Below, piece by piece: positions 39,539 to 53,654 of a stretch of DNA of 64,000 bases. The stretch lies in contig NC_045697.1 of assembly GCF_009834535.1 (NCBI RefSeq), positions 37,450,001 through 37,514,000 on the forward strand. Reading direction: 5' to 3'. Source of the DNA: Camelus ferus. Taxonomy: Eukaryota. Positions within the stretch are counted from its first letter, which is position 1, and every line of letters starts with the position of its first letter. The notes beneath the pieces were generated by a model. The model did no database searches and was not told the origin of the DNA. It saw only the letters and a program-made list of their open reading frames with translations. The position numbers and the translations under genes were made by a program.

Positions 39539-41569
39539 GTCCAGCTGGGAGGATCCACTGAGACACTACCTTGTATCTCCTCCAGAGTCTTAACAGAAAG
39601 TCTAGCCATGTGTTTGATCTGAACTTACCCTGAGGCCATTTTTAACTGATAGTGCCTTGGATTTGATCTTTGCTTGAGAACATTTCTTAATTTCTCAGAA
39701 CTTTTTTTGAACTGGAGAAACTGTTGGGGGGGGGGTCTCTATATTTCCTCTAAACTCTGCATGAAAATCGCACTGTTCTTTCTTTCGTTCACCTCTCTCT
39801 TCTTATGTTATCATAGGCAGCAAACGAAACAAGGTGACATGACATTCCGCCTAGAAACTTCCTTGGCCAACTACTGATTGAATACATAACCTCTCTGTCT
39901 TCCTTATGACAGTGGGTGACAACTTTGCCAAACTTTCTGCAACTACACAGCACAGGTTATCTTTTCTCTAGGCTCCAATAAAAAACAAATTCTTAGTGTC
40001 CATCCATCCTTTACTAAAAGTAGTCTTAAGGCCCTTCTAGTACCTTCCTGCCATTTGTTTTCAAAGCCACGTATTTTAGGCTTTTATTGTGCAGCGTCCC
40101 ATCCCTGTGGCAATTCCTATTTCTGTTTTCCAAATCACTATACAAACGGGCAGATAAAAGCAACAACGATTTTTTAATTTCTCATGACTATAGAGGCTGA
40201 CTTGGCAGTTTTTTGGCTTCACATATAGGGTCAGCCATGCCTATAGTCACGGGGGGTTGATGGACTGAAATCTCCAGACTTGGTTCTCTCACATTTCTGC
40301 TAACTTGGTAAGGACGGCAGAAGACGGCTCTGCTGAGATGCTGGGATCACTGGGCCATTTTCTCTCTCTCTCCATGTAGTCTCAGCACCACTCCCTTTGC
40401 ACATGGTCTTTCCAGCAGGGTAGCTGGACTTGTTAAAACTGGCTCAATTGCAGATGGCACTTTTATTTCTCATGGCCCACAGATGCCCTATGAAGGCTTT
40501 ATTAGGTCCCAGGTCTCTTGATCATTAGTGGAAAAAGTAATAAGAGAGGAAAGTGCAGTCAGCTTTTCTAACCTCTGGATGGAGATTAATTCTGCAGTCA
40601 CTAGAGGATTACTTGGGACATTCCTGGCCCCTCTTAGTTGGGACATTTTCTCAAAGTATTTCTCCTTCCTAAAAGTGAGGGAAGAAAGGACTAGAAGGGA
40701 GGGGAAATGGGAATTTATTGAAATGGATTTGCTTGCAACTCTAACAAAAAGTTTGGTAAAGTAGCGTGGCTATTAACTAAATAATGTTTTGGTATTTCCT
40801 CTGGATTTAAAAATACCCTGCACTTATATAGGTTTTATTTTTCAGGCTAGCAAAGCACTTTATCTTTAGCCTTTTAACATCCCCCAAAAGATAAAGAAGA
40901 TGTTTTCATTTTAATTTTATACATCTGATAGAAGATAAAGATGAACTCAATAACTTCTCCCAAATTATCCAGATAATAAAACCATCCATCTATTTATTCA
41001 TCAATTAATTTTTAAAATATTATTCATTCTTTCAACATGTATTTATTGATTACCACTATGTATCAGTGACCATTTTCAACTTATATTTCTTGATTACCCA
41101 GGTCATGGGTATTCAGTAGTAAGATACCATACATGAGCAGAGATTAATCAAATAATCATGCATATTCAAATTTGATTATGACATGTAACACATAAATGGA
41201 AATATGATGCATACTTTAGGGATACATAATCTATCTCAGGGGGTCAGAAACAGCTTTCCCGAGACGTGGCATTCTGCTCGATGGTAAACTAGATGGAAAA
41301 CTAGCAGAACACCCAGGGAGAAGATAGACCATGTACGTATGAAGCTCCAAGGCAGTAAACAGCTCTATACCTTTGAGATATGGTGTGAAAGTCTGTGTGG
41401 CTGGAGGTTTCACAAACAGGCGAGGGAGTCGTGGATGTGGCTGGTGGGGCAGAAGGAGACCACATCCTGGCGGCCTTTATAGGTTACCCACACGACCTAT
41501 ATGTCCTTAGGTAAGTCTCTTAACCTTCTTAAGTCTCAGTTTTCTTAAAATGGGGATAATTTTCAATAT

Positions 41570-42545
41570 GCTAAAGCTTTAACCTTGACCTCTCCTCTGG
41601 GCTCTAGGTCATTCAATGCAATTTGACATATTCATTGAGAAGCCTAACAGGCAATACAACTCATTTTCAAAACAGAATGGTTGATTCCGGCAGCTCTATC
41701 CCCGGAAACTTCCTCCTCATCTATCTTCCCCTATTTCAGTGACCTCCTTCATCATCCACCCGATAGCTCAGATCAAGATCTCAGGAGTTAGCCTCCATTT
41801 GTCACTTTCCCTCATTTTCCATATAAATGTTGGCTCTGATACCAAAATAGATTCCAGATCCAACCACCTCTCACCATCTTACCTGTTGTCACTGTAATCT
41901 AAGCCTATACTTCTTTCTTGTCTGAACCATTGCAATATAACCTCCTAGCTGTCTCCCTGTCTGCTCTAGCTCTTCTGCAATCCATTATCCACTCAGCAGC
42001 CAGAATGTTCTTTTTAAATGTGTATTTTCATATCATCCATCTACTTGAACATTCTGTAAGTTCGCACAGCATTAAAAATGAAATACACACTCCTAACCAT
42101 GACATGTCCCCAAATGAGCCAGCCCCTGCCTGCCTCTCCAGCACCATCTAATACTGCTTTGCTCACCATGCTCCAGGCACGTTGACCTGTTTGCTTCTCA
42201 CACATGGCTGATCTTTATGCTACTGGACCCTTCTCAGCAATTAACCTTCAGCTAAAAAATCACCTTCTCAGAGAGGTCTTCTATTCAATCTAATTCAGGC
42301 CTTCTCCAGCCTCCTACTGGAAAGTTACTGTCCCATTACCTCTCTTCAGCTTCTTAGTAGCAACCTCCATTCTCTGAAATTATCTTATCCATTTACTCAT
42401 TTCTTGCCGACTTCCGAATAGAAGCTCCATGGGAGAAGAACCTTGTCCATCTCACCCTCCTCACCTAGCAGAGTGTCTTAGTACAGAGTAGGATCATGAT
42501 ACACAGTACAGTGGAGCAATCTCTTTGCTGACTGAGTGAATGACT
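41570..42545 (+). mobile_element. L2 LINE 3' fragment
   Basis: TCCATTATCCACTCAGCAGCCAGAATGTTCTTTTTAAATG ... AATCACCTTCTCAGAGAGGTCTTC ... CCTAGCAGAGTGTC ... TGAGTGAATGA. Confidence 0.8.
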
Positions 42546-42861
42546 ATGTGGATGAAACCATCTCACAGGGGTCTCACTCAGCCCAAGAACCAGGATCATT
42601 TTGCCTGAACTGCATGGTCTGGTTTCACGGCTGAGACACACTGAAAGCTGCTCAGTTCTCAGATTAAAACCAGCATTTTATTAGCATAGTTCAATTTCAG
42701 TTTTCAAGGCCCAAATCCATTGCCTTTAGTATAGTTCAGGAGCTGTTCTCAACATCATAGTCCATTTCAGGAAAACTCATCAGAGTTCAGATATTCCACC
42801 TTGATGTGCGAGTTCCCATAAAAATGGGTAGCTTATACCCATGATCAGCTTTTTATGTATA

Positions 42862-43040
42862 TTTGAGTTTACTGTATAGCACAGGGAAATATAAACAAGA
42901 TCTTGTGGTAGCTCATAGCGAAAAAAAAATGTGACTGAATATATATATGTTCATATATAACTGAAAAATTGTGCTCTACTACTAGAATTTGACACAACAT
43001 TGTAAAATGACTGTTACTCAATTAAAGTTAAAAAAAAAAA
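42862..43040 (+). mobile_element. L1 extreme 3' end with poly(A)
   Basis: ACTGTATAGCACAGGGAAATATA...GACACAACATTGTAAAATGACTG...CAATTAAAGTTAAAAAAAAAAA. Confidence 0.8.
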
Positions 43041-46000
43041 GGCCTCAGGAAGACCATCTCCCATGGAAGGGCATAAACTCTCACATGATGGCTTAAAATG
43101 TCTATGGATTGCCCAGTGGATGATTTGTAATTACAGATTATAGATTTAGTGAATAGGTCTTTCTGGGCTCTTTGAAACTTGTTTTACTGGGTTAATGGAT
43201 AATATGTCTTTTACATAGACACACCGTAACTGCTCCTTTGGAACAATTAAAGTTTGCTGAATGGATGCCTGGCTCTGCCGTTTCATTGAAACAGCTTCAG
43301 CTCCTATTATAGCTGGTCAGAGTAGCAGGGAAAGGCCAGCCTGGTACTTAAGGAGGAAGCTGTTTTGCATTAAGGTAGGTCCTAGCGGCTTTAGCCTGGG
43401 TAAAGGGAGGGAGAGAGACAATCCATCCTGCATTCCTGGAGGCTGTCCCAGCCCCCACCACCAGCCTGGGGCACTGTATAAACTATGGCTGCTTTCTTGG
43501 CAGGTGTGCACCGCCTCCCTGAGCTGGACCAAACTCAGAGCATCCTTCTGCAGGCAGGGTGCACCATTTTGCAGGTTTCAGTTCCAAGTATGTGTTCCCA
43601 AGCTGGTGCCATGTCAGCATGACCTTTTCTTTTTTTCTTTATGACTCCTACTTTGAGAAGTACTTTTAAATACTCATCCCAAAGTTATCCTCATTGTTCA
43701 GGCTCACAAGAAACATCTGGATGAGAGCCTGGTCTCTGGAGTCAGACAACTCTGGGTTCTGTTTTTGGTGTTTGCTAGCTGTGTGACCTTGGAAAAGTTA
43801 CTTAAGCTCTCTGTAAACTAAGAAGAAGAATATTAGTAGTCCCCAAATTTTAATGGACCCTTGCTTAGTGTCGGGCAACACACTATTTGCATGTATTTTT
43901 CTCTCTTAATACATACGAGACACATTGATTTATTTTAAAATTATCACCTTCATTTTAAAGATGATGGAAATGGCTTGGATGTTAAATGGCTTGCACAAAG
44001 CCCCAAACCTTATAAGTGAAAGATGCAGTTTGAACCAATGTCTGGGTCGTGTGCTTAAACCGTGATGCCCCACTGCCTCCTGACAGCAGCCATCTCGTGG
44101 GATTGTTTTGCAAATTTGATAATGTTCATAAAGCACTTAGCACAGAGCTAAATCAATGCTCAATAAATACAGGCTATTATCCTTTGTGTTCCTTTTCTTC
44201 TCATTTCCTGGAGAAGTCTTCCTTGACTCTTCCCTGACCAGCTCAGTGAGCTCCTTTGGGCTCCAGTCATTTTGTACCTATTTTCATCTAGTCACATTTG
44301 AACTATCACTATTTGTTTACCTGCCTGTCTGCCCTGCTGGACTGTGGTCTCTTCAAGACAGGCAGTTGGCCTTATTCAGGACCAAGCACAGTGTAGGGGC
44401 TCAGGGAAAATATTTTAAATAAACTGCAGTGAGAAGATGGACTGTGTCCTTCATGGACAACAGCTATGTGTGATGACCCAGAGCCCTGGGAGACAGCCCA
44501 GCCAGCTGGGGACCTGCCAGCGGGGTAGCATGGCTGGGAATAGAAGTGGACAGAGGTGGGTGGTGACACAGGGGAAGAATTACAAGTGATGATACTGGGC
44601 AATGTTCCGTCATGGACTGTATCTCAAGAGCAGTGGGGGACAGCGGATGTGCTTTAAGCAGGAGAACTGTAGGACTGAATTTGGTTCAGAAGGGTCACTC
44701 TGAGTGAAGCGTGGAGAATGCACTCAGGGTGGTGTGGAGCAGGGGTCAGACTAGAGGCAGGGAGTCCACTTAGAGATCTGTTGCAGAGGCCCAGGCAAGA
44801 GACGATGGGGACCTGGGTCAGGAGTGGTCCTGGGGTGGAGTTTCAGGGTGGTGGCAAAGAAAGAGTGGATTCCCAGGGTCCAGCAGGACCTGGGGCTCTT
44901 CAGAAGTTTGAAAAACATCCTTTTCCCCTTTCAATAACAGGTGAGAACCTTAAATAGCTATAGTTTGGGGATACCATTTGTTGTGTGTGATCTGTAATAT
45001 AAACAGATTGTTTTCTCATCTGTTTCCAAGGCCAAACCATGGGAAATAGAAAGCTATGGACTAGCCTGCTCTGAGGCAATCTGTCCATCTCAAAATACTG
45101 AAGAGAATTAGAGAACTTCTTGTAGGTTCCAGGGACACTGATACCCAGCTTACCAGTCTGCCGAGTGCTGTGAAGAAGGAAATCAAAGGAAAACAAATAT
45201 CCTATGCCTTGGTCTCCACCAGTGACCTCCACCTGGTCTGATCTCTCCTAGAAGATAATCTCCAGTCATTCTGACCTTTTCCCTAACATAGTTTCTGATA
45301 CTCTTGCTTTTTCAAATCTAGGTCAACAAGAAGACAAGAAGGATGGAGACTTTCATCAAACCCCTGGGGAAAGTTTTAGGCTGCATCAGACACAGCCCCT
45401 CCTTCCCAATATCCACAGGCAGTTCAGAGAGTGACGTCTCTCTTGAGTACAGCTGAGAACCGTTATGTGTTAGGTGCCTGCCGAACTTTTCTCCGTTTTC
45501 TATCCCTTAAAATAATTGCAAGCCACTCCGACCCTCCAAGGGCATGTGCTCTGTCAATGCTCACACCCCTGTGGCTTTCCCTTTGGCTTTGTGGTTTGGA
45601 GGAGAAGTCAGTTAGGAAAGAGGACAAAAGGCCAGACAGGAGGTGGATGAGTTTATGAAGCCTAAGTCGGCAACATGAGCACATAGCTCAGTCGAGGGAC
45701 TGGTTTACTCCCCCGGGGACAAGCTGGGTCAATTTCATTCCTTGCTGAGCCTCTGAGTGCCCTGGAGCCCAGTTACAAGCCTTGTGAAAATTGCCCACGT
45801 GTTGTCCAAGGAATGCTCCTTCTGCAAGTTTAGCTTAATAGACTGGAGAGAATGCCCTTTGCTTCAAAGAGATGATGCTGCATCTAAAGTTTGAAATTTT
45901 ATAATACAGGGTTTAATGGTCTATGAAGCATTTTGTATATGTTATCATATGTCTTCTCCCTATAGATCCTGTGACATGGTTATTATGGGGTCCATTTAGC

Positions 46001-46089
46001 AGATGAAAAGACTGAGACTTAGAGAATATATTTCCAAAGGTCACACAGCAATTAGGCAGTTGAAAAAGAATTAAATTTAGAGTCTCTCA

Positions 46090-47030
46090 ACTTATCAAAT
46101 ATTTCATCGGTGCCTAAAAGGGTCAGACAATGTCTCAGGCACTGGGAATACAATGGTGATCAAAGGGTTAAGGATTTTTCCCTTTCGGTGATTCCAGTCC
46201 AGTTGAGGAGGCATTCATTAGACAAAGAAGTATCATAGAAAATGATAAATATGAATAAGAGATATGAAGGAAAAACACAGGGTATTAGGAGAAAATGTAG
46301 CAAGGACATATTTAGATGTGGTATGTGTTTGTGTGTATGATGGTGGTGGGGACGTGTGTTATCTCTGAAGACCAACTATAACATGTGAGACCTGAGAAAT
46401 ACAGAGAAGGAATTGGGAGAAGAGTACGGGGAAGGGGTATCAGCAGGAAGTGACAGCAAGTGCAAAGGCCCTTAGGCAGGACAAACTTGGTGTCTCTGAA
46501 GATCTGAAAAAGGCTGAGTCAGTCGGGCTGGAATGGAGTGAGCCAGGAAGAGAGGGATATAAAATGAGATCAGATTATTGGTAGGCTTGGCTGGATCATG
46601 TAGAGCACTTAGCCATGGGTTTTATACTAAATGTGATGAGAAAACAGGAATTTCAAGCAACGACGTTGGGTTGGTTTTGCATATTAAGGTGATCGTTCTA
46701 AATGCTCAGTTGATATTAGACTGCAGGGGACATCTTCCCTTTTTCCTCCTGCGTCTCTTGTACCCTATTCTACTCTGCACTCCCAGTCACTGACAGCCCC
46801 CACCCCAAAAAACGCTTTTCCATCTCATTTAGCTTTTCGCCTCTCCCTCAGCATTGGCTTCTCTCTCTGCCTTCTTTCCCATAACCTCCAACCTGTGGTC
46901 TTCTTTTTTCTTTGTCCATTATCCAGTTCTGTATTATAGGATGTCAGGGGATTCAACTGACAGAGGCAGGGAGGCCAATTAGGAGGAGGATATTGCAACA
47001 GTCCAGGGGAAAGATGGTGGCCTGATATCT
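46090..47030 (-). mobile_element. L2 LINE fragment (interrupted at 46731-46967)
   Basis: GACAGCAAGTGCAAAGGCCC, GGGCTGGAATGGAGTGAG and GCAGGGAGGCCAATTAGGAGG...ATTGCAACAGTCCAGG are L2 antisense motifs. Confidence 0.7.
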
Positions 47031-50000
47031 TCAAATCCTGGAATTGCTGGCTCCAGTGTGTATTGTAGTTGTAATTCTAGAGAACTGGCTGACAGTTGAG
47101 AAGGGGTATCCTTTGCTATATTTTAAAATCACCCTTGAGTTTTCTCTACTTACTAGGTGTCAGGGGACAGTGGAACCCTTGACACATTCAAGAATCAACA
47201 AAGCTTGCAGCCACACAGTTCCAGGATTAAGACCATCTCTTCAAGATCTAAGAGGCTGCATAAAATGCCATGCACATGACATTTGTAAAGGAAACTGAAC
47301 TTTTACTAACTGGTCCTCACTCAATAAAGGACACTCTATCACTTTTACTAGCTTTATGAGAGTGAACAAATTACTTAACCTCTCTGTGAAAGGATAAAAG
47401 TGGTATTTTTCTCAAAGAATCATATTAGAATGACATTAGATTTAGAATTAGATCACATGAAGATTAAATAATACATGTAAAACACTTAACATGATGCCTA
47501 ACAGAATAAGCATTCTGTTTTCAATAAATGGTAGCTATCATAATTATTAATAATGATACTTTTACAGTGTAAATGGAATAAAATTAGGTACCAACATCAC
47601 TTCCATGGAATAATTAATTTCTGTCCCCTAGGCAAGATATTGATACTTGTAGCTTAACTTATGAAACATTACATTTCCCATCACCCCAAATTATTTAAAA
47701 ATGCTTTGAAATTCCTGAACGAAAGAAATTACAAAAATATGAAATATTATTATTCTAAAGAGACAGTTGATCCTACAGAGCGAGACTTCCCCTAATGACT
47801 ATAAGCCATCTTTAGAGTAGCCTGTTTTATTAGCAAACTGAACAGCTGTCAGTATTGAACACAATTAGAGATTCTGCTTTCAAAACCAAACATTAATTGG
47901 ATTTCAGAATGCCATTGGAACTACAGAAGAGACAGTACTTCTAACTCTAAAACCTACTTACTTTCAGCACAGCACAGGAGTTTTACATCTTTGATAGTCT
48001 CCCAGTGGCTTCAGGTAAGCCTGGGACTAAAGCATTAGCTTCTCAGTGGAGGAAGAATGTATCACATATCAAACGCACAGCGCTGCCATTTAGCTCTTTC
48101 CAATTCTGCTGAAATGACTGCCCTTTGAAAAATTCATCTGATGAGAGAGTACTGGAGGGGAAATTCCTGGGAATGTCATTCTCTCTAAACCTCAGTGGTC
48201 TGAGCTTAATCCAAAGACAACTCAGAAGTTCCTATATTTACCTGAACTCTGGTACGTAAACTGTATGCTTCCTTGACCCACATGGAACAGTTTCTAGGAA
48301 AGAGACTTCTATTCAAAGATTTATAGATCAGTCAAAAGTAATCAAGAAGGAACTCAGCCTTTAAGTTGCATCGCTTTATAAAAAGGTTATGAGGATCCAA
48401 CTTACAACTGAACAACACCTCTCATCTCCCATTTTATTCTCCCCCAAGTCTCTAGCATCCCATACTGCTCTCCACTCCCAGTCACTAACAGCACTTCTCC
48501 ATCTCATTTAGTTTTTGTCTCTCCCTCAGTATTTAGATCAACTTGGTTTCTCTCTCTGCCTTCTTTCCCATAACCCCCAACCTGTGGTCTATTTTCTTTG
48601 CCCATTATCCAGTTCGTACTATGGATGTCAAAGGATTCAACTGACAGAGGCTAAGTATCCACAGGGGACAAAAATGTTCCATCCTAATAAGGGCTTGATA
48701 TTCGGTCCTGTGAGCTGCTGAATATTTCACTGGAATATATAGTACATTGTGGGCATGGGGCTTGGATCATTAAGTTCCTTGTGGATTGTTCCAGTCTGGA
48801 CACAGTCCCCTTGTCCTGTATGGCAAGAATTGGAATGGGACATGGAAGGAAGAGGGGGAGGGAGCTGTGAGTGAAGTTGGCTGTGCCAATCCTAGTTGAA
48901 GTTTAGAAATATGGAAGATAGTATCAGCCATCAGCGGAGGTGCTGAGCAAGGAGAAAAATGGAGAGGAGAGAAAGGAGTAGAGGAGAAACGGGATGCTGA
49001 ACAATGAAGAGGGTCCAAGTGGGTGGGGCAAGAAGGGGAGAAGAGAAGAAATAAGGTGTAGAGAGAGGTAAGGGACCCTTCCAGAAATTCCACAATCAGC
49101 AACTCATTTGCTTCTGACAGGAGTCACTTGACTCGTGGTCCAGAGAACTGCAGCGTAGGTGATATGCCAGGAGACTTGGGACTGTGATCAAAGATTTTTC
49201 TTGGCTGTTGAATAGTTGAATTAGCCTCCTAAGAATATGGTCCCAGATAATGAACAGGTATGACACACTTCTCTGTTACCCACACCCATGTGATTATGCT
49301 TTAGAAACTTGCCAGGGTCTCTGCCCGAGCTCCTGAGACATCCCAGAATACCTGCTTCTGTGGCTGAGTTAATAGAGATTAAGGTGAGGTTTACTTAGAC
49401 ATTGCCTCTCATTCAAAGTAGGTCAAGACTCCATGACTAACATTCTTGAATGGACTGCCTGCCTTTTTTTTTTTCCAAGTTTGGAAGAAACCTTGGAGAT
49501 CTTCCCAAAAAACTTCCTCCCTTTTACAAATGAGAAAATGAGGGGCAGAGCAACAAGTTAAAAAAATTTACTTCTGAGGTTGCATCCACAGCTTTACATC
49601 TCTGAAAGAGGGAGAAGTGAACTCTGTGGTACCTCAAGGTATATTAACAGGACAGGACTACCGATGGATAGCAGAGGGCAGAACACTTCCCTTTCCATTA
49701 GCCTTTTCAATCCTCAGAACAATACAGAGACAAGGACAAATGGGGCAGACCCATTTCACAGATGAGGAAACTGAGTTCAGACTGTTATAAATGCACAGAT
49801 AATAGGGAGAGAGACTTCCTGCTTCAGACACTATATTGCAGATGAAATGCTTATGCCATCCCAACAGTCTGCTTCCTTCTTAACTTGTGTGAATGGTTTT
49901 CTTTACCCGGGTTCCAATCTCTGTGGTGCTGCTAAAGTTGAACGGTTCAAAGTGGAGCCATTTTGATTTATCAATGCTTAATTTTAATATTGACAATAAA

Positions 50001-52666
50001 GAGGCCTTCATAGTGTCCACCATCGATAGAATCACTCAAATGCACATTGCTCAGTAGAGGGACCATTCAAGAGTCAGGGACAGGGTGAGGGTAGGATGCA
50101 GAAAAGGAAAAGAACCTTTCTTCCCACGGGGTCTTTCTTCCTGCTTCACAGCTTTGGTTGCTGCTTCCCCCAGGGTGGTCCTTTGGCACCCACTTTAGTG
50201 AGGGCATCAGGAGGAAGATGGTGCGGTGTGTTGGTACCACACATTGTCATGCTGGTGGCCAATGGGTAGCCAAATAGGGTAGAGCAAATATCATCCTTCT
50301 TCCACTTAAGCTCCCACCAAAGACCCCTTTTTAGCAAGCACTGCCTAAATACCCCGAGCACCATGCTGAGCTCCAGGAAACCTGAAGAGGAGTCTGGTCT
50401 GTATCTCCTCTGATAACATTTTCCGCACATGCGATAGGGTAAAAGCCTTCATGATATATAAATGTTCCCAGTATTTCTGTTAGCACCATCCTCTACCGAT
50501 TAAGAGGATGCTGTCTTTGGTGGCTCAGTTTTTCCCCTCTCTGGCTGACCCCCTCAGGGGACCAGCTAGGGCTCTTACTTTACCATAGATTGTTCCAAAG
50601 CTCCCCAGACTACCCACAGCGGTGTTTAAATATTGTCTTTTCCTGACACCTCAATTGTCCTGCTTCTCTCAAACTCCCTACTTTCTGCTCCAAGTTATCA
50701 TCCTTTTTTTTTTTTTTCTTTTTTAAGTCATTAGGTCAAAATTCCCTTTCTTTCCTGGGCATGTGCAAAGGAGGAAAACTCGATGACTTTTTCTGCCGCC
50801 CCCAGCTAAGTGTAGTTTCAAGACGGCTCAGCGTTGGTAGTGGAAAAAGCCTTGGAGAAGGATCCTCATCCAATAAACCTGGGCTGTTGTTTTTGGATCA
50901 CACCCTGTGAATTGATTTATTGTCTGAAGTGATGAAAAAGGGTGTTTGGAGACTTGGAGGAGAGTTTCGTTCCACAGTGATGCCCCCGCAGTCAGGCAAC
51001 AGTCTTCTGAGCAATTCGGAGCTAGGAAATGTGGGGTTATTTTGGTAGCTGTCAGCAGGAATTGGCTAGAGTCTGTATGTTAAATAAATACAAACTGCCT
51101 ATTTAATTATTTAACAACGAGAACAAACATCCCACTGTTGGCGAGTGAGAAACAGCCAACACTCCAACTATGTAAAATCCCATCTCGTTAGTTCCCATGA
51201 TGTGATGTGACCCCGCTTGCACCCACAGGCTTGGCTTCAACCCTCCAGGGCATCTTATCGCTGTTTTATTGGAGTTTGTTGGAACTGGAGTAAGTCTCCT
51301 TAAGCAAGGAAAGGCTGGGGAACGGAGAGTAAGTTAACCTCCAAACGGGTTCCAAGGCAACCGCTGTGTTGAAACTTCACTTGGGTTCCACGGGCTGTTT
51401 TTGTTTTTGTTTTTTCTGCCTCTGCCAAATTGTTGACATCCTTGCCTCCTGGAAACTGCTGAATTTGAGCAACCAGGGGCAAGAAGTCGCTCCTTAATTT
51501 AGGAATGACTACAGCAAGAATTCAAACTCTTTTATTTTTGAGAACATAGCTGGGATACTATGCAGATTTTACTAGTTGCTTTAAAAGACCCTCAAGATTA
51601 ATTATATAACCATCTAGAAGCAGACTGCACTAACTAGAATTTGTGTGACCTAAAGCATTGAACGCTAGGAGACTGTTTGGTTCTTACCTATACCAACAAC
51701 CCTTTTTGTTTGGGATGTGTGTGTGTGTGCGCACACGTAAATAAAAATAAAATTTGTTTCTGTGATATAATAAAATTTTTGTCATGTTGTATATACATTT
51801 TTAAATTTTGGAACCTAGACAACAACTGATAAGCATTTAATATGAAAAAAATGGCAATTTATAGTCAAGAAGAAGAGACTAGCCCACATGAATCTGTACA
51901 AGTGAACTGGGAGGTAGAGGAGAAGGGAGACAAGTCAAGAAATGAAGGGAAGGAGAGAAGAGAGAACAGAAAACATCAAAACTAGGGGAGTCCTGAGAGC
52001 CAGAGCTAAGCCTCGTGCTTCTCGCTACTATCTTCCTGCAACTTTAAAGGGCAGAAAACAAGTCGGAGGGGTCGTCTGCGTGCAGGTGTCCGTTTCTACA
52101 GCACATTCCATTCTTGGTGTCTAGCAAATTGATTGGGCTTTAACCTTGTTTTCCATGCAGTCCTACTTTTTGATTTGGGCTGAAAATTATGACTGAGCTT
52201 TGTGAAGCTGCAAAGTTGTGGGGAGCCTCCACCTCAGCCCCCACGTGGTGAACCCCAGCCCTGGTGGTTTTCACTTCCGCATCCTCAGGCAGACGCAGCC
52301 TAGACTGTAGTTAGCACCTGCTCGTACCGATCGTCTCAGCTCAAAGCCCCTTCCTCAGGCTGGGCCGGACCCCCTTTCTTACACATCCTCATGACCCCTG
52401 TGCTTTTCATTTGTAGCATGTACTCCAGACTCGAATTATATATTTAGTTTGCAACTATTCATTTAATGTTTTCTTCCCAGTTAGACTGCAAGCTTCATGA
52501 GAGCTGCGGCCACACCTGTACCCCTTACCCTTGTTGAGACAGCAGCTACTCAGTGCCTAGTACCTAGTAATTACTCAATCAATATTTTAATGAATGACAA
52601 CACTACTACATGGAGACATATATAGACATATATGCATATATTACTATAACATAGAATGCATAAATA

Positions 52667-53654
52667 TAGTTGACCTGTGAACAATACGGAGGTTGGGGTG
52701 CCAGCCCCTGCATAGCTGAACATCTGCAAATAGCTTTCGATGCCCCCAAAACTCAACCACTAACAGCCTACTGTTGACTGGAAGCCTTACCAATAACATA
52801 AACAGTCAATTAACACATATTTTGTCTGTTATATGTAGTGTATGCTGTATTCTTAAATAAAGTAAGCTAGAGGAAAGCAAATGTTATTATGGAAACCGTA
52901 AGGAAGAGAAAATGCATTTACACTGCCGGACTGTCTTTATCAATACTGTTTACAAGACGAATCGACTGTCAGTACCGACATCAATGCAGTCTTATATGAT
53001 GCAAAACACTGTAGACGTCCTATGTATTACCAACACTGGACATGAAAATGAAAAGATCATAGGAAAAGGAAATTCATGTTCCTTTTTAAGGATAACGATT
53101 CTTGCATTGATAATGAAGCAGCAGCAATATGACTGCTTTGTGGTTCCTGCTTAACATGATAGCTGCATGGTAGCCTCACCTATACATTAATGAATGAATC
53201 ATTATAAAATTTTTATGGCATACAGTATCACTGTCATATATATTCACAATACAGTACTGGGACCACTGTTACCTTTTTTAGAAAACCACTTACCTGTGAT
53301 GATAGGCTGATGGGCAGTTTCTCCAATTACCAGAGAGAGAGGCACACCGTATGGTAACGTAATTCTTTGAAAGCAAAGTTAGAAAACAGTAAGAAAACTG
53401 AAACATTATTCATTTTACATTAAATATCACCTGCCTTATGCCTAGGTAAGGGTAGACTAGTATTTGCATATATTTTATACATTCATGCCATACCTTTTTC
53501 TTAATTTTTTTGATACTTCTAGGATATGCAGTTTGTCTGTGAGTTTGTTCAAATTGTCACAAATCTCCAATAAATTCTCCAGTATATTTCTTGATAAAAA
53601 ACACATATAAGTGGACTTGCATAGTTCAAACCTGTATTGTTCAAGGGTCAACTG
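52667..53654. mobile_element. Tigger2-family (TcMar) non-autonomous DNA transposon
   Basis: TIRs TAGTTGACCTGTGAACAATAC ... GTATTGTTCAAGGGTCAACTG; internal CCTACTGTTGACTGGAAGCCTTACCAATAACATAAACAGTC. Confidence 0.85.
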
